NCBI GenBank assembly: GCA_947629465.1
Contig: CANRDZ010000001.1
Location: 1-46,793, forward strand
Length of the DNA stretch: 46,793 bases
Direction of reading: 5' to 3'
Source: an uncultured Bacilli bacterium
GTDB lineage: Bacteria > Bacillota_I > Bacilli_A > RF39 > UBA660
This document shows positions 45,839 to 46,793 of the stretch, piece after piece (position 1 is the first letter of the stretch; each line of letters begins with the position of its first letter). The position numbers and the translations under genes are program-made. The notes under the pieces are model-generated. The model was not told the DNA's origin. It made no database searches and saw only the letters and a list, made by a program, of their open reading frames with translations.

Positions 45839-46073
45839 TAAAACACCACGGATTGATTTACATGGTGAAGAAGTTGCTCTTTGCTATGCTTTAGTTAATG
45901 AATTTTTAAATGATAACTTTAAAATGGGAAATAAAGAAGTAGTAATTGTCCATGGTAAAAGTACAAATATTTTAACCAATGAAGTTCATAAAATATTAAA
46001 AAGTCATAAGCTAGTTCATAAATATTATCTTAATAATTGGAATTTAGGAGAAACAATTGTAATTTTAAAATAA
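45828..46073 (+). CDS. Smr (small MutS-related) domain protein
   Basis: RIDLHGEE ... VVIVHGKS pattern. 81 aa. Overlaps the upstream kinase gene by 11 nt. Confidence 0.6.
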   Translation: MLTSKTPRIDLHGEEVALCYALVNEFLNDNFKMGNKEVVIVHGKSTNILTNEVHKILKSHKLVHKYYLNNWNLGETIVILK

Positions 46074-46158
46074 ATGTAAAAAACAGAATGTCAAAAAATA
46101 TAAAAATTTAATTAAGTAAGACTATTTTTTACTTAAATTTTAATTTTTAGACAAATAG

Positions 46159-46187
46159 TTGACATTTCTTTTTTTATGTGCTATACT
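46159..46187 (+). promoter_or_regulatory. Sigma-A promoter TTGACA-17-(TGc)TATACT
   Basis: -35 at 46159..46164, extended -10 at 46179..46187. 27 nt upstream of the ORF at 46214. Confidence 0.5.
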
Positions 46188-46213
46188 TATAACGTATTTA
46201 GGGGGTATGGCAA

Positions 46214-46633
46214 ATGAAAGGATACGTTTTAGATTACATTAACGAGAATGAATTTAAAAAATTAGAAAGAGCTTTAAAAAAATATAATATGTTAGCTTTT
46301 AAAAAATTAAATTTTGAATTCTATCCTGCCTTAAGAAATGGTAAATTTTTAGGAGAAAAGGTTGAGACTAGTCGAAAAAATGATACTGAAAAATATGAAC
46401 TTCGATTACCAAGCGATAAAATGTTTACGCAAATACATGGTGAAGTAAAATTAATTTATACTGTTCATAAAAAAGAACAAGTTGTTATTCTTGAGACAAT
46501 TACACCATCAGATATTTTATTAGAAGGTCATATGTCAGAATTAACTACATATAAAGGTATTATGATTTCAAAAGCTAATGCTTCAAAAGATATGTTTAAG
46601 ATTGATTTACTTAATATGTTACAAAATAAATAA
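46214..46633 (+). CDS. Hypothetical protein (weak RelE/ParE-like core pattern)
   Basis: 139 aa, GGGGGT RBS. YELRLP....KLIYTVHKKEQVVILETITP resembles toxin-fold strands, but this is not diagnostic. Confidence 0.4.
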   Translation: MKGYVLDYINENEFKKLERALKKYNMLAFKKLNFEFYPALRNGKFLGEKVETSRKNDTEKYELRLPSDKMFTQIHGEVKLIYTVHKKEQVVILETITPSDILLEGHMSELTTYKGIMISKANASKDMFKIDLLNMLQNK

Positions 46634-46636
46634 TTA

Positions 46637-46668
46637 AGATATTAGTTAAAAAGCTAATATCTTTTTTT
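46637..46668 (+). terminator. Rho-independent terminator
   Basis: agatattag/ctaatatct 9-bp stem, 8-nt loop, T7. Confidence 0.7.
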
Positions 46669-46718
46669 AATAAATGCTTGAAGTTTAAATATAGTTATAG
46701 TATAATTAAATGGCAAGT

Positions 46719-46793
46719 GGACCTCTAGCTCAGTTGGTTAGAGCATCCGGCTCATAACCGGGCGGTCGTAGGTTCGAGTCCTACGAGGTCCAC
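46719..46793 (+). tRNA. tRNA with CAU anticodon (elongator Met or lysidine-modified Ile2), 3' CCA cut by the window edge
   Basis: Acceptor ggacctc/gaggtcc, D-loop agctcagttggttagagc, anticodon loop ctCATaa, TPsiC ggttcgagtcc. Confidence 0.85.

Noticed and set aside
1-46793. CRISPR arrays, rRNA genes, IS transposases, retron or DGR reverse transcriptases, restriction-modification genes
   Set aside because: None found. No regularly spaced direct repeats and no matching protein motifs occur in any frame of the ORF track.

Overview
Very AT-rich chromosomal segment from a spore-forming Firmicute (Bacillota). The lineage cannot be fixed from sequence alone. The backbone is housekeeping and sporulation synteny: scpA-scpB, tRNA-Leu, a clpC-like gene, a Ca-type P-type ATPase, trmL, ftsK/spoIIIE, the cotJ operon, rimP-nusA-ylxR-infB-rbfA-truB...rpsO-pnp, tmcAL, miaA, rpsT, spoIIP and a terminal tRNA(CAU).

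The main result is that the spore-coat gene cotJC is split by a 4,201-bp intervening element (18796..22996).
- It is bounded by a 14-bp direct repeat. Adjacent 12-bp perfect inverted arms rebuild a 40-bp palindromic attP.
- Deleting one repeat copy plus the element restores an in-frame 185-aa CotJC.
- The element encodes a large serine recombinase, a CI/LexA-type XRE-S24 repressor with divergent promoters and operator-like repeats, two micro-ORFs, and an Abi_2 (HEPN, RNLCAH) gene.
- The Abi gene lies between two inverted copies of a promoter + 8-bp-stem hairpin + U-tract module. The 11-nt loops are identical and two stem base pairs covary. The upstream copy sits as promoter-hairpin-terminator-ATG, the layout of type III (RNA antitoxin) toxin-antitoxin systems.
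- I read this as a skin-like, sporulation-excised element carrying a candidate RNA-controlled HEPN abortive-infection module. This is inference from sequence only.

Other points of interest:
- A thioester-domain (TED) multi-SpaA-domain adhesin with a non-LPXTG tail, paired with a small sortase that has no Arg after the catalytic Cys.
- Three CxxC thioredoxin-fold exported paralogs flanking a cyclophilin lipoprotein, plus a Cys-less paralog elsewhere.
- A ClpC paralog with a degenerate second AAA+ module.
- A membrane-anchored protein built from about 11 Y-x-C-P-x-G-Y...K-C repeats, coupled to a coiled-coil membrane protein.
- Lineage-specific ORFs inserted in the nusA-infB-truB-rpsO operon.

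No CRISPR array, rRNA or transposase was seen.
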